Assembly: GCF_006345805.1 (NCBI RefSeq)
Contig: NW_021829621.1
Coordinates: 1-32,315, forward strand
Direction: 5' to 3'
Length of the DNA stretch: 32,315 nt
Source: Octopus sinensis
Lineage: Eukaryota
Shown here piece by piece: positions 32,002 to 32,315 of this stretch; the stretch's first letter is position 1, and every line of letters begins with the position of its first letter. A model generated the notes under the pieces. That model was given only the letters and a program-made list of their open reading frames with translations. It was not told where the DNA came from and ran no database searches. The translations under genes were made by a program, and so were the position numbers.

Positions 32002-32315
32002 TTGTATGTATATGTATATATCTTGCCTTGATGTTGTTAATGCGATAAAAATACGATATAGCAACTAATAGCAATTAAGATCGCTCATATAGATATCTCG
32101 ATGAAAGTCTTGTGTTTGATAATTGGTCGAGTGGCGTCCATATTGAATTAAGCTGAACTCGGCGATAGCAGTAATTAGCTAGCGATATTTTAATTACCTT
32201 GCGACATTTAATTGTCGTAATTAGTAGTAGTAATAGTAGTAGTAGTAGTAGTAGTAGCTCTTATTGCTTATTGTTTAGACACTTTATCAGTGATTCTTGT
32301 TTGCGAAAACCTATG

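Noticed and set aside
45-32074. The many long ORFs rich in YI/HT/CV/poly-I/poly-T/poly-S in the supplied track
   Set aside because: They are translations of stop-free microsatellites and have no protein features.

Overview
This is AT-rich, microsatellite-saturated eukaryotic DNA with no intact protein-coding gene that I can support. The repeat content (tRNA-headed SINEs, RTE and R4/Dong LINE remnants, a Penelope-like element, very long (TA)n/(AAT)n tracts) looks like a coleoid cephalopod, probably Octopus; this is inferred from repeat style, not from a search. Almost all ORFs in the supplied track are translations of simple repeats. Supported content: (1) a decayed DD41D (rosa-type) Tc1/mariner transposon with ~140-bp TIRs that include its own transposase C-terminus; (2) about 25 copies or fragments of several tRNA-derived SINE families (my labels A-D), including a 184-bp-period SINE concatemer and inverted pairs; (3) R4/Dong, RTE, Tigger/pogo-like and Penelope-like (RT plus GIY-YIG) remnants, with nested insertions dated by target-site duplications; (4) a diverged U6 snRNA copy. 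The most interesting signal is three different minimal type-I hammerhead-ribozyme-like motifs (3611-3654 minus, 16804-16848 plus, 29510-29547 plus). Each has a different deviation from the canonical core. One sits in a ~176-bp unit embedded in (TA)n about 600 bp downstream of the Penelope-like RT-endonuclease remnant. All alignments and folds were done by eye, and none has been tested computationally.
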